Below are positions 16,297 through 25,148 of a DNA stretch of 64,000 nt, one piece after another. Source of the stretch: Actinomycetota bacterium (lineage in GTDB: Bacteria > Actinomycetota > Thermoleophilia > RBG-16-64-13). The position numbers and the translations under genes are program-made. The notes beneath the pieces were generated by a model. It ran no database searches. It had not been told where the DNA came from and saw only the letters and a list, made by a program, of their open reading frames with translations. Within the stretch, counting starts at the first letter, position 1. Every line of letters begins with the position of its first letter. The stretch lies in the NCBI GenBank assembly GCA_012729575.1, contig JAAYCW010000201.1, forward strand, positions 981 to 64,980, given 5' to 3'.

Positions 16297-18290
16297 GTAG
16301 CCGAGTAGGCTCTGCCGAGGGGCGCAGACCCCGGTACAAGCAGGGAACGCGCCTCTTCGACGAGGCGCATCTTGGTTTCTTCCCAATCAGATGTGTCTGC
16401 TCCCGGCCCGGGAAGGGAAACCTTGAGAGTCCGGTCGGTTTCATGAACCCAATGCCGCAGAGCCAGGAGCAGGTCCAAGTCTTCTTGTTGTACGGCCACG
16501 AGTGAAGCGGTGGCATCAGACTGATGATCGCGGCTCGCGTCGCGGATAGAGTCCAGGGCCGTGCGAATGCTTTCTTCTGCTTGTGCCGGATGGAACGATA
16601 CAGGGTCTTGTAGGTTGCCGTTCCAAATTAGGTTCAGCCGGACCGAAGGGCCATCCCCGTTGCTGGTATGAGGCCACAGGATCGCGAATCTCAGTCTCTG
16701 GGCTTCGGCCAAGGACGCGTAGGAACGGCGGATGGTGAGCAGGTGTTCGCTCGCTTCCTTGATCTTCTGCGCCTCGTCGTGCCGTCTCTGCCGGGAGAGA
16801 TCCCTAATCATGTCATTTGCGCGCTCAAACGGGTCTGGAAGATCTGTATCATCGCGGCCTGCCAACCAGTCGAGTATCGTCAGAACCAGAGCGTCGTGCT
16901 CACGCCTTGTGCGAATATCGTTCGAGCAGGGTGCCAAGCACTGGTTCTTTCCGGCGCGCGCGCAGGGACGATCGTTTGGGCGTCTGGGGCAGCGGCGGAC
17001 GGGATAGCAGTGGTGTAGAAGGTCGAGGGCTGCCTGCACACGTGCACGGCCTCGGAACGGCCCCATCACCAGAGGACCCCGCGCCGGTCGAGCGCGCGAC
17101 TCCTGGGCAGCCAGCCACTTGGGAGCTCTGCTGCTTGCGAACAGGTTTAGGCCCGGTCCTGCTCCACCAGCCTTGATGTAAGCATATGTCTCCGGCCTGG
17201 TCCCGTACATGTTGCACGTAGGGCGGTGCTCGAGTATCAGCCGGTGCTCGTGGACGAGCGCCTCCAAGGGTGTGGGGGCCTCATCCCAGTCGATACGCTC
17301 TACGAGTCTCACTGCCTGTCGCATTCTCCGATTGCGGTCAGAACCGGGTACGAAATGCGCGCGGACCTCTTCCCCCAGTTTGTCGGCCCTACCCACGTAT
17401 ACGATGCGGTCGTCCCTGTCGAGGAAGCGATACGTACCAGGGCGTCTCGGCAGGTCTCGCGTCAGCCGAAGCTTGTCCATACCAGATCGCGAAGAAGGGT
17501 TGAGGTAGGCGCGCAGTTCCTCCAGCCGACTTACTCCATGTTCCTGGAGACGGCCCACCAAAGTGATGAACACGTGTGCGGCCGCTTGCGCATCGGCAAG
17601 AGCCCGATGGCAGGCGAGGACGGGCGCGTCCAGAGCTTCCGCGACTGTACGAAGCCGGTAGTTCGGTAGACCCGGCGCCAAAGCTCGGGCAAGCGGCAGG
17701 GTGTCGATCGCTCCTTCTCCCAGCCTCTGTCCTTTCAGCCGTCGCAGTTCGTAGTTAAGGAACCCGACATCGAACGCCGCGTTATGGGCGACGACCACGG
17801 CGCCCTCGAGAAACTCCAGTAGATCGGGGATGACCTTCTCAATACGGGGGGAATCGGCCACCATCTCCTCGGTTATCCCCGTGAGGTGCGTGATTATCGG
17901 GGGGATGGGCCGCTGGGGATTCACCAGAGTGCTGAAATGGCCGACTTCTCGCAATCCCTCGATGCGAACGGCCCCGATCTCGGTGATCTTGCCGGTACCC
18001 GCTCGAGCTCCGGTTGTCTCAAGATCAAGAGCTACAAACGGTATCTCTGCCAGGTCCGGGTCAGCCATTTCCCACCGGTTCAGAGAGATCTGTGGGGTCA
18101 CGGTCATGTGCCAACAGAATCGGCGGTCATGACGCACCAGCGCGTCAAGTATCTGTCCGCAGAGCCTGGCCGGAGCCTTGGGCGAAGCAAGGAGCAGACA
18201 GGCGGCTTCAACGGCGTCAAGAGGCTCTCCGTGGACCAACAAGGCCTCGTGGAGTCGATCGGCCACATTCAGAGAGAGTTGTAACTGCAT
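16293..18290 (-). CDS. DEDDh 3'-5' exonuclease (DnaQ/epsilon-like) fused to a UvrC-like GIY-YIG nuclease domain (Cho/Rv2191-like)
   Basis: Exo I FVALDLETTG, Exo II VVAHNAAFDVGFL, Exo III CHRALADAQAAAHV. GIY-YIG core GTYRFLDRDDRIVYVGRADKL...EALVHEHRLILEHRPTCN. UvrC-type Cys cluster CYPVRRCPRRPNDRPCA...CLAPCS. The longest ORF extends to 18386; the start at 18290 (MQLQLS) is chosen to leave room for the divergent fabZ promoter. Confidence 0.75.
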   Translation of the reverse strand: MQLQLSLNVADRLHEALLVHGEPLDAVEAACLLLASPKAPARLCGQILDALVRHDRRFCWHMTVTPQISLNRWEMADPDLAEIPFVALDLETTGARAGTGKITEIGAVRIEGLREVGHFSTLVNPQRPIPPIITHLTGITEEMVADSPRIEKVIPDLLEFLEGAVVVAHNAAFDVGFLNYELRRLKGQRLGEGAIDTLPLARALAPGLPNYRLRTVAEALDAPVLACHRALADAQAAAHVFITLVGRLQEHGVSRLEELRAYLNPSSRSGMDKLRLTRDLPRRPGTYRFLDRDDRIVYVGRADKLGEEVRAHFVPGSDRNRRMRQAVRLVERIDWDEAPTPLEALVHEHRLILEHRPTCNMYGTRPETYAYIKAGGAGPGLNLFASSRAPKWLAAQESRARPARGPLVMGPFRGRARVQAALDLLHHCYPVRRCPRRPNDRPCARAGKNQCLAPCSNDIRTRREHDALVLTILDWLAGRDDTDLPDPFERANDMIRDLSRQRRHDEAQKIKEASEHLLTIRRSYASLAEAQRLRFAILWPHTSNGDGPSVRLNLIWNGNLQDPVSFHPAQAEESIRTALDSIRDASRDHQSDATASLVAVQQEDLDLLLALRHWVHETDRTLKVSLPGPGADTSDWEETKMRLVEEARSLLVPGSAPLGRAYSAT

Positions 18291-18402
18291 CAGTGCGGTC
18301 AGACGTCCAGAGAAAGGCGTTTCCTTGAAAAGGGCAGGGCCATCCTGGAAAATACTAGCACCCTGAAGGCAGGGGGGCGGGAACACCCGAATCGAGGGAG
18401 AA

Positions 18403-18831
18403 GTGTTGGACCGACGAGAGATCGAGGCGATCCTGCCTCATCGTGATCCATTTCTGTTGCTGGACCGGGTGATCGACCTGGTGCCGGGGGATCATGCAGT
18501 AGCGGAGAAAGACATCTTGGACGACGACTATGTCTTCAGAGGCCACTTCCCCGGACACCCCGTCTTTCCCGGTGTTTTGCAGCTCGAAGCCATGGCGCAG
18601 ACGGGGGCGGTAGCGCTTCTATCAGAACCCGAAGCCAGGGGCAAGATCATCCTCTTCGCCGGGGCCGACCGCGTGCGCTTTCGCCGCCCTGTCGTGCCGG
18701 GCGATGTTCTCCGTCTGGAGACACGCTTGACGGAACGCCGAGGAAGAATCGGCAGAGGCGAGGGAAAGGCGTTTGTCGGTTCAGAACTGGCCTGCAGCGG
18801 CACCTTGACCTTTGCGATAGCCGAATCCTGA
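18403..18831 (+). CDS. fabZ: 3-hydroxyacyl-ACP dehydratase FabZ
   Basis: Hotdog fold with the LPHRDPFLLLDRV and HFPGHPVFPGV signatures. GTG start with a GAGGGAG Shine-Dalgarno. Confidence 0.9.
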   Translation: MLDRREIEAILPHRDPFLLLDRVIDLVPGDHAVAEKDILDDDYVFRGHFPGHPVFPGVLQLEAMAQTGAVALLSEPEARGKIILFAGADRVRFRRPVVPGDVLRLETRLTERRGRIGRGEGKAFVGSELACSGTLTFAIAES

Positions 18832-19902
18832 GTGATGTCTGGGCCTCGACTCGCCTCCCTGGCCGGGAGACCCGTCACCATCGGTGGTTTGGGCTCCTAT
18901 CTACCCGGCAGGGTCCTGACCAACGAGGATCTAGCCGCAGTACTCAATACTTCGGATGCGTGGATAACGCAGCGCACCGGGATAAAGCAGCGTCGGGTGG
19001 CCGAGTCTGGAGCCAGTTCGTCAGACCTGGGCATAGCGGCTGCACGGGCAGCGTTATCGGACTCAGGGCTCTCGCCGGACGAGATCGGTCTGGTGATAAC
19101 CGCCACCATCTCCCCCGACCGGATCATGCCGGCGACGGCTTCGCGCGTCGCCTACGAATGCGGTTGCACGAATGCAGGCGCCTGCGATGTCTCGGCCGGT
19201 TGCACGGGCTTCGTATACGCTCTCTCCATGGCGGCGGGGATGGTGGCGGCCGGCCTCCACGATCACGTCTTGGTGGTCGGTGCCGAGGTGATCTCGCGAG
19301 TCCTGGACTGGGAGGACCGTTCCACGGCGGTACTCTTTGGCGACGGAGCGGGCGCGGTAGTCGTCTCGCCGGTCCCGGAAGCGGTGATGACCGGAGGGAG
19401 AGGGTCAGGCGGCATACTCGGTTTCGACCTGGGGTCAGACGGCTCGGGAGAAGAGATCCTGATGATCCCCGCTGGAGGATCGCGGTTGCCGGCATCATGC
19501 GCAACGGTGGAAGCTCGACAGCACTACATGCAGATGAATGGTAGAGAAGTGTACAAATTCGCTGTTCAAGTGGTGGCGCGATCTGCCGGGCGGGTTCTGG
19601 AAAAGTGTGGTCTGTCTGTATCCGATGTGGACCTGTTCGTACCCCATCAGGCTAATCTGCGTATCATCGAGAAAGCTATCAAGAAGCTCGGGATACATGA
19701 GGATAGGGTGTACACGAACCTCGAGAAGTACGGCAACACATCCTGCGCTTCCATCCCCCTGTGCTTGACCGAGGCCCGGGCAGAGGGCAGACTCAAGAAT
19801 GGTGATCTGGTGCTGCTGATGGGTTTCGGCGCCGGGCTGAGCTGGGGTGCGTGTCTGCTGGAATGGGGCTGCGGACGCGGCGCTGTCGACGAGAGGGGCT
19901 GA
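18832..19902 (+). CDS. fabH: 3-oxoacyl-ACP synthase III
   Basis: KAS III active-site Cys in AGCTGFVYAL, His in VPHQANLRII, Asn in GNTSCASIP. Confidence 0.92.
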   Translation: MMSGPRLASLAGRPVTIGGLGSYLPGRVLTNEDLAAVLNTSDAWITQRTGIKQRRVAESGASSSDLGIAAARAALSDSGLSPDEIGLVITATISPDRIMPATASRVAYECGCTNAGACDVSAGCTGFVYALSMAAGMVAAGLHDHVLVVGAEVISRVLDWEDRSTAVLFGDGAGAVVVSPVPEAVMTGGRGSGGILGFDLGSDGSGEEILMIPAGGSRLPASCATVEARQHYMQMNGREVYKFAVQVVARSAGRVLEKCGLSVSDVDLFVPHQANLRIIEKAIKKLGIHEDRVYTNLEKYGNTSCASIPLCLTEARAEGRLKNGDLVLLMGFGAGLSWGACLLEWGCGRGAVDERG

Positions 19903-19903
19903 T

Positions 19904-20845
19904 ATGGGAGGATTACTCGTCTTATGCCCCGGCCAGGGGAGCCAGGCGGCGGGAATGGCCGAGCATCTGTGGGATTATCCCGCCGCGAGGCAGGCGTTTA
20001 CCGAAGCCGGCGAGGTACTTGGGTGGGACATAGGTGAGTTGTGCCTGCACGGTTCCATGGATGAACTGACGCGCACCGATCGGACGCAGTTGGCCATCTT
20101 GGCGTGCAGCGTCGCGGTATGGAAGGTCTTGGAGTCTCAAGGTGCCGTCTGCACAGTTGGGGCGGGGCATTCTCTGGGAGACTTCTCGGCTCTCGTGGCC
20201 ACCGGACACATGTCCTTCCCGGACGCGCTGCGGGTGGTGGATGTGCGAGGCAGAGAAATGCAGGCCTGTGCCGAGGTGCGGGGTGGAACGATGGCCGCCG
20301 TCATCGGTCTGGATAACGAGGTCGTGGAAGAGGTGTGCTCCTCCTTGCCTGAGGTCTGGCTCGCCAACTACAACTCCCCCGGCCAGGTGGTTATCTCCGG
20401 GTCCATAGAATCGGTTCGGGCTGCGGGTGAGGCGGCCCAGGCCAAGGGCGCCCGGCGAGTGCTGGAACTGCCGGTGTCGGGGGCGTTCCATACCCCGTTC
20501 ATGGCTGGTGCGGCCGACGCGCTCGCGGAAGCCCTGGCGGCGGTCAGATTCAAGGTCGGCTGTGCGCGCTTCTTCTCGACCACAGAGGTAAGGTATCCGG
20601 CTCCTGAAGAGCTACCTGAAGTGCTGGCCCGGCAACTGATGTCGCCGGTCAAATTCATGCAGAGCGCACAGGCTCTGCTGACCGGGGAGGATGCTCCAGT
20701 GCGCGGCCTGGAGATCGGGCCCGGGAACGTGCTTACCGGATTGATGAAGAGGACTGCGCGTGATTTCCCAATGGGTGCCACTGGAGACGCCGACGCCTTG
20801 AGGAGCGCGCTGACTTTGGAAACGGAGGTTTCAGATGGGCAATGA
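19904..20845 (+). CDS. fabD: malonyl-CoA:ACP transacylase
   Basis: GQGSQ and GHSLGDFSAL active-site serine motifs. The ATG at 19904 is 1 nt after the fabH TGA stop. Confidence 0.9.
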   Translation: MGGLLVLCPGQGSQAAGMAEHLWDYPAARQAFTEAGEVLGWDIGELCLHGSMDELTRTDRTQLAILACSVAVWKVLESQGAVCTVGAGHSLGDFSALVATGHMSFPDALRVVDVRGREMQACAEVRGGTMAAVIGLDNEVVEEVCSSLPEVWLANYNSPGQVVISGSIESVRAAGEAAQAKGARRVLELPVSGAFHTPFMAGAADALAEALAAVRFKVGCARFFSTTEVRYPAPEELPEVLARQLMSPVKFMQSAQALLTGEDAPVRGLEIGPGNVLTGLMKRTARDFPMGATGDADALRSALTLETEVSDGQ

Positions 20846-21590
20846 GGCCGCACCGCTTGAAGGCCGGGTCGCTCTCGTCACGGGCGCAGCTCGAGGCATC
20901 GGCCGGGCCATCGCTCTGCGCCTGGCTGAGGATGGAGCCAAGGTGGCGATAGTCGATCTCTCTGAGAACGGGGGCGAGGCTGCACGTGAGATCGAACGGG
21001 TTACGGGGGGGCCGACGACCTTCGTGCGGGCAGATATCTCGAGAGAAGTGGAGGCTCGGGAGGCCGTGGCCGCCATTGAAAAGGCGCTGGGTCCCGTGGA
21101 CATTCTCGTCAATAACGCTGGGATCACGCGGGACGGTTTGGCCTTGGTCATGGATGAAGCCGATTGGGATGCCGTGTTGACGGTGAATCTTAAGGGAGCC
21201 TTCCTTATGAGCAAGGCGGTGCTCCGGGGGATGATCAAGCGGCGTCGGGGCTCCATCGTGAGCATCTCCAGTGTGGTGGCCCGGCGTGGTAATGCCGGTC
21301 AGGTCAACTACTCGGCGGCTAAGGCTGGGCTCATAGGTCTCACCAAGTCCCTTGCGAGAGAAGTGGCCTCGCGGAACGTTCGGGTCAATGCAGTTGCTCC
21401 TGGGTACATCGAGACGGAGATGACGGCGGCGCTGGAAGAAACGGCAAGAAACGCCATCATGAACCAAGTTCCGCTGGGACGGATCGGAAAGCCTGAGGCC
21501 GTAGCCGACGCCGTTGCCTTTCTGGCCGGGGACTCGGCCTCGTTCATCACCGGGGTGGTGTTGCCGGTAGACGGTGGTCTCGGTATCTAG
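20835..21590 (+). CDS. fabG: 3-oxoacyl-ACP reductase
   Basis: SDR with TGAARGIG cofactor motif, NNAG, and catalytic YSAAK. 251 aa. Confidence 0.9.
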   Translation: MGNEAAPLEGRVALVTGAARGIGRAIALRLAEDGAKVAIVDLSENGGEAAREIERVTGGPTTFVRADISREVEAREAVAAIEKALGPVDILVNNAGITRDGLALVMDEADWDAVLTVNLKGAFLMSKAVLRGMIKRRRGSIVSISSVVARRGNAGQVNYSAAKAGLIGLTKSLAREVASRNVRVNAVAPGYIETEMTAALEETARNAIMNQVPLGRIGKPEAVADAVAFLAGDSASFITGVVLPVDGGLGI

Positions 21591-21611
21591 GACGGATTAG
21601 GAGTCGCGGAT

Positions 21612-22874
21612 ATGAGCGGTGCTCTGGGGACGATCGAACTGAAGCGGGTGGTTATCACCGGACTGGGGATCATCTCGCCCGTCGGGACGGGGAAGGATGT
21701 CTTCCTCCAGGCTCTGTTGGCTGGACGCTCGGGTGTCAGGAGGATCGCGCGTTTCGACACGACGGAGTTCCCGGTCAAGATCGGAGCGGAGGTCCGGGAT
21801 TTCGACGCCTTGGCCTTCATCGACAAGAAGTGGGCCAAGCGCATGGACCGCTACGCGCAGTACGGCGTCGCCGCCGCTACGATGGCCCTGGAGGACTCCG
21901 GGTATCCAATCGGCGAGGATCCATTCGCCGTGGGAGCGCTTATCGGTTCGGGGGTGGGCGGTCTTGACACCTTCATGGAGCAGACCGGGATTCTTCTCGA
22001 GAAGGGCCCCACGCGGGTGAGTCCGTTCTTCATCCCGATGATGATCCCTAACATGGCCTCGGCCTGCAGTTCCATCCTGCTTGGGCTCAAGGGCCCGGTG
22101 AACGCCACCTGCACTGCATGCGCGGCAGGCACGATGGCGCTGGGGGACGCATTCTCGCTGATCAGGCGGGGGGATGCTACGGCCATGTTCGCCGGTGGAG
22201 CGGAAGCGGCGGTCAACCAAGTGGGAATGTCGGCATTCGCCGCCCTGCGGGCTATATCGTTTCGAAATGACGAGCCCGAGAGAGCCAGCCGGCCCTTTGA
22301 TGCAGACCGAGATGGATTCGTGATGGGGGAAGGTGCGGGAGTGCTCGTGCTGGAAGAGGCACAACACGCGCTCGATCGCGGAGCCCATATCTACGCGGAA
22401 GTGTGCGGCTACGGCTTGACGGGGGATGCCTCGCACCTCACCGAGCCTGATGAGACGGGAGAGCCGGCCGGCCTGGCCATGAGCAGAGCTATAAGGGATG
22501 CGGGGATCGACCCCTCCGAGGTCGATTACGTGAACGCACATGGGACGTCTACTCCTTTGGGCGACATCATGGAGACCCAAGCGATCAAGCGGGCACTGGG
22601 CGCTCACGCTGCGCAGGTGATGGTGAGTTCCAACAAGAGCATCTTCGGCCACTGTCTTGGTGCCGCCGGGGCGCTGGAGGCGGCGGCCACAGTGCTCTTC
22701 ATGGAGGTTGGCAGAGTGGCTCCCACTATCAACCTGGAGAACCCCGATCCAGCGTGTGATTTGGATTACGTTCCCAACGTGGCCAGAGACGCGCAGGTGG
22801 ATGTCGCCGTGTCAAACAGCTTCGGATTCGGCGGCCACAACGCAGCGATCGTGCTTCGCAGGTGGCATGGCTAA
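21612..22874 (+). CDS. fabF: 3-oxoacyl-ACP synthase II
   Basis: KAS II Cys (ATCTACAAG), His (HGTSTPLGD) and His (GFGGHNAAIVL) motifs. 420 aa. Confidence 0.9.
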   Translation: MSGALGTIELKRVVITGLGIISPVGTGKDVFLQALLAGRSGVRRIARFDTTEFPVKIGAEVRDFDALAFIDKKWAKRMDRYAQYGVAAATMALEDSGYPIGEDPFAVGALIGSGVGGLDTFMEQTGILLEKGPTRVSPFFIPMMIPNMASACSSILLGLKGPVNATCTACAAGTMALGDAFSLIRRGDATAMFAGGAEAAVNQVGMSAFAALRAISFRNDEPERASRPFDADRDGFVMGEGAGVLVLEEAQHALDRGAHIYAEVCGYGLTGDASHLTEPDETGEPAGLAMSRAIRDAGIDPSEVDYVNAHGTSTPLGDIMETQAIKRALGAHAAQVMVSSNKSIFGHCLGAAGALEAAATVLFMEVGRVAPTINLENPDPACDLDYVPNVARDAQVDVAVSNSFGFGGHNAAIVLRRWHG

Positions 22875-23715
22875 ATACGTCACGATACAGGTCGCTCGGA
22901 GGGAGACTCCGCCTGCGCCGCAGGCCCCAGGTGAGCACTGCAAGAAATGCAATGCCTCTCTGGCCGCGGGCGAGTTGGAACGTGCACTTCGGGTGTGTCC
23001 ACACTGTTCGTACCACTACCCTCTACCGGCGCACGAACGGATAGCCCAACTAGCCGACAAAGGCTCGGTCGGCTTCATCGCCGAAGAGGTGCAGGCCGTC
23101 GACCCGCTCGACTTCGTCGATGTCAAAACCTACCCCGAGCGTTTGTCGACCGCGAAGTTCGAGACCGGTTTGAGCGAGGCGTTTCTGGCGGCGCTGTGCG
23201 ATATCTCCGGGGTTCCAGCGGCGCTGGGGGTGTTAGATTTTCGATTCTTGGGCGGCTCGATGGGGTCGGTAGTGGGTGAGAGGTTCCATCGTCTTGCCAG
23301 GGCTGCAGTCGAAGAACGCCGGCCCCTGGTGGTTGTGGCCGGCTCAGGCGGCGCCCGCATGCAGGAGGGGCTGTTTTCCTTGATGCAGATGGCGAAGACC
23401 GTTGTGGCCGTACAGATGCTGGCGACTGCCCGGTTGCCCTACGTGGCCATCCTCACTCATCCGACCACAGGCGGCGTGTTCGCCAGTTTCGCCACTATTG
23501 CCGACGTCATCATGGCTGAACCCGGAGCCGTGATGAGCTTCGCGGGGGCTCGGATCATCGAACAGACGACCCGGGAGAAGCTGCCTCCTGGTTTCGGCTC
23601 TTCCGAATCGCAGCTGACACACGGGCAGGTCGACATGGTGGTCGACCGCAGGCAACTGAGGGAGAGGTTGGCGCTGTGCCTTTCCTTTCTGATGGGCGGT
23701 CAGACCGGTGGGTGA
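22867..23715 (+). CDS. accD: acetyl-CoA carboxylase carboxyltransferase beta subunit
   Basis: N-terminal Zn ribbon CKKCNASL...CPHCSYH followed by the carboxyltransferase domain (GGSMGSVVGE). The ATG at 22867 overlaps the fabF stop by 8 bp. Confidence 0.9.
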   Translation: MAKYVTIQVARRETPPAPQAPGEHCKKCNASLAAGELERALRVCPHCSYHYPLPAHERIAQLADKGSVGFIAEEVQAVDPLDFVDVKTYPERLSTAKFETGLSEAFLAALCDISGVPAALGVLDFRFLGGSMGSVVGERFHRLARAAVEERRPLVVVAGSGGARMQEGLFSLMQMAKTVVAVQMLATARLPYVAILTHPTTGGVFASFATIADVIMAEPGAVMSFAGARIIEQTTREKLPPGFGSSESQLTHGQVDMVVDRRQLRERLALCLSFLMGGQTGG

Positions 23716-24535
23716 GTCAAGGACACCCGAAGTCGCCTGGGAGAAGGTGCAGCTTGCGCGGCACCAAGAGCGACCTCAGACTCTTGACTACATCGCGCAG
23801 ATGGTGTCCGAATTCTTAGAGCTGAGTGGGGACCGTCTCCACGGCGACGATAAGGCAGTGGTGGGCGGGTTGGCCGTTGTGGGGACCCGGCGTGTGGTCC
23901 TTATGGGCCACCAGAAGGGCCACACTCTGCAAGAGCGTCAGGAGCGCAGCTTTGGTATGGCCAGGCCGGAGGGCTACCGCAAAGCCATACGTTTGGCTCG
24001 CCTCGGCGAGAAGTTTGCTCTACCCGTGGTGACGCTGGTGGACACGCCGGGTGCGTATCCCGGCAAGGACGCGGAGGAGGGCGGACAGGCCGGCGCAATC
24101 GCTCGGAGCATCGAGACGTTCGCACGTCTGATGGTTCCGACGGTGACCGTCATCATTGGAGAAGGTGGCTCCGGCGGCGCCCTTGCCTTGGCTGTCGCGG
24201 ACCGGGTTCTGATGCTTGAGAACTCCGTCTACTCTGTCATATCCCCGGAAGGCTGTGCTGCCCTGGTCTGGCGTGACGCGGCCGCGGCCGCCCAGGCCGC
24301 CGCCGCCCTTCGAGTCGGAGCTCAGGACCTCCTCAAATTAGGCCTGATTGACGTGGTGATCCCGGAGCCGGCAGGGGGTGCGCACGTCGACCACGCTGCA
24401 ACTGCCGAGGCGGTCATGCGGGAGATAGACCTTGCACTGAAGGAGCTGGAGGGGATCGATCCCAGCGAGCGGCTGCGTCTTAGATACGAGAAGTATCTGA
24501 ATATGGGAAGCTACGCGACGGCATACGGGAGATAA
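23708..24535 (+). CDS. accA: acetyl-CoA carboxylase carboxyltransferase alpha subunit
   Basis: Typical AccA sequence (LARHQERPQTLDYI, VTLVDTPGAYPG, GEGGSGGALALAVAD). 8-bp overlap with accD. Confidence 0.9.
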   Translation: MGESRTPEVAWEKVQLARHQERPQTLDYIAQMVSEFLELSGDRLHGDDKAVVGGLAVVGTRRVVLMGHQKGHTLQERQERSFGMARPEGYRKAIRLARLGEKFALPVVTLVDTPGAYPGKDAEEGGQAGAIARSIETFARLMVPTVTVIIGEGGSGGALALAVADRVLMLENSVYSVISPEGCAALVWRDAAAAAQAAAALRVGAQDLLKLGLIDVVIPEPAGGAHVDHAATAEAVMREIDLALKELEGIDPSERLRLRYEKYLNMGSYATAYGR

Positions 24536-25017
24536 GGCAGCCAGGCCTCCGGGACCACCTTGTGCGAAGCCAGCACAAAATCACCCGGGGCGGGGGGCCG
24601 CGGTCTGCGCGAGGGCTTCATCCCCACCTCTGAAGGAAGGCAGGCCCCCTTGCGGACGTTGCAGGCGGCGCAGCAGGTGATGACGTTATCCCACGAGGTG
24701 AGGCCGCCACGGCTTCGGGGGACGATGTGGTCGATAGTCAGATGGTGGGTACTGCCGCAATATTGACAACGGAACCCGTCGCGCGCCAGTATGGCCCTTC
24801 GCGAGAGACGTCTTCCCTCAGCGCGGGGCAGGCGCACGTAGTAATTGAGCCTTATCACCGAAGGCGTGGCCAAGGCAGCCCTCTCTGACCGGATAAGGTG
24901 AGCACCTGCTTCCACGGTCTCCGCCTTGCCCTTCAGCAATAACACGATAGCGCGGTTTGTCGAGCAGACGTTGACCGGCTCATAGGTGGAGTTCAGCACA
25001 AGGACCGGACGAACCAA
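24511..25017 (-). CDS. standalone HNH endonuclease (about 169 aa)
   Basis: HNH core CQYCGSTHHLTIDHIVPRSRGGLTSWDNVITCCAACNVRKG. Probable TTG/GTG start near 25017, preceded by a GGGGGTGG Shine-Dalgarno. The longest ORF (to 25203) would overlap rarA on the opposite strand. Confidence 0.7.
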   Translation of the reverse strand: MVRPVLVLNSTYEPVNVCSTNRAIVLLLKGKAETVEAGAHLIRSERAALATPSVIRLNYYVRLPRAEGRRLSRRAILARDGFRCQYCGSTHHLTIDHIVPRSRGGLTSWDNVITCCAACNVRKGACLPSEVGMKPSRRPRPPAPGDFVLASHKVVPEAWLPYLPYAVA

Positions 25018-25148
25018 GCCCACCCCCCAGTGGAGCGTTTTTGGACATTCTAGCTGATGATGCACCCGGTTTGAGCCTTCGTGAGCGATCAGTCCCGGCT
25101 GGCCCTGTGCGCCACCTGCCCGCCGATAGCCTGCGCTGCTAGAATCAA

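Noticed and set aside
19124-19504. Pro/Arg-rich 126-aa minus-strand ORF inside fabH
   Set aside because: Low-complexity, antisense to a strongly supported gene. GC-frame artefact.
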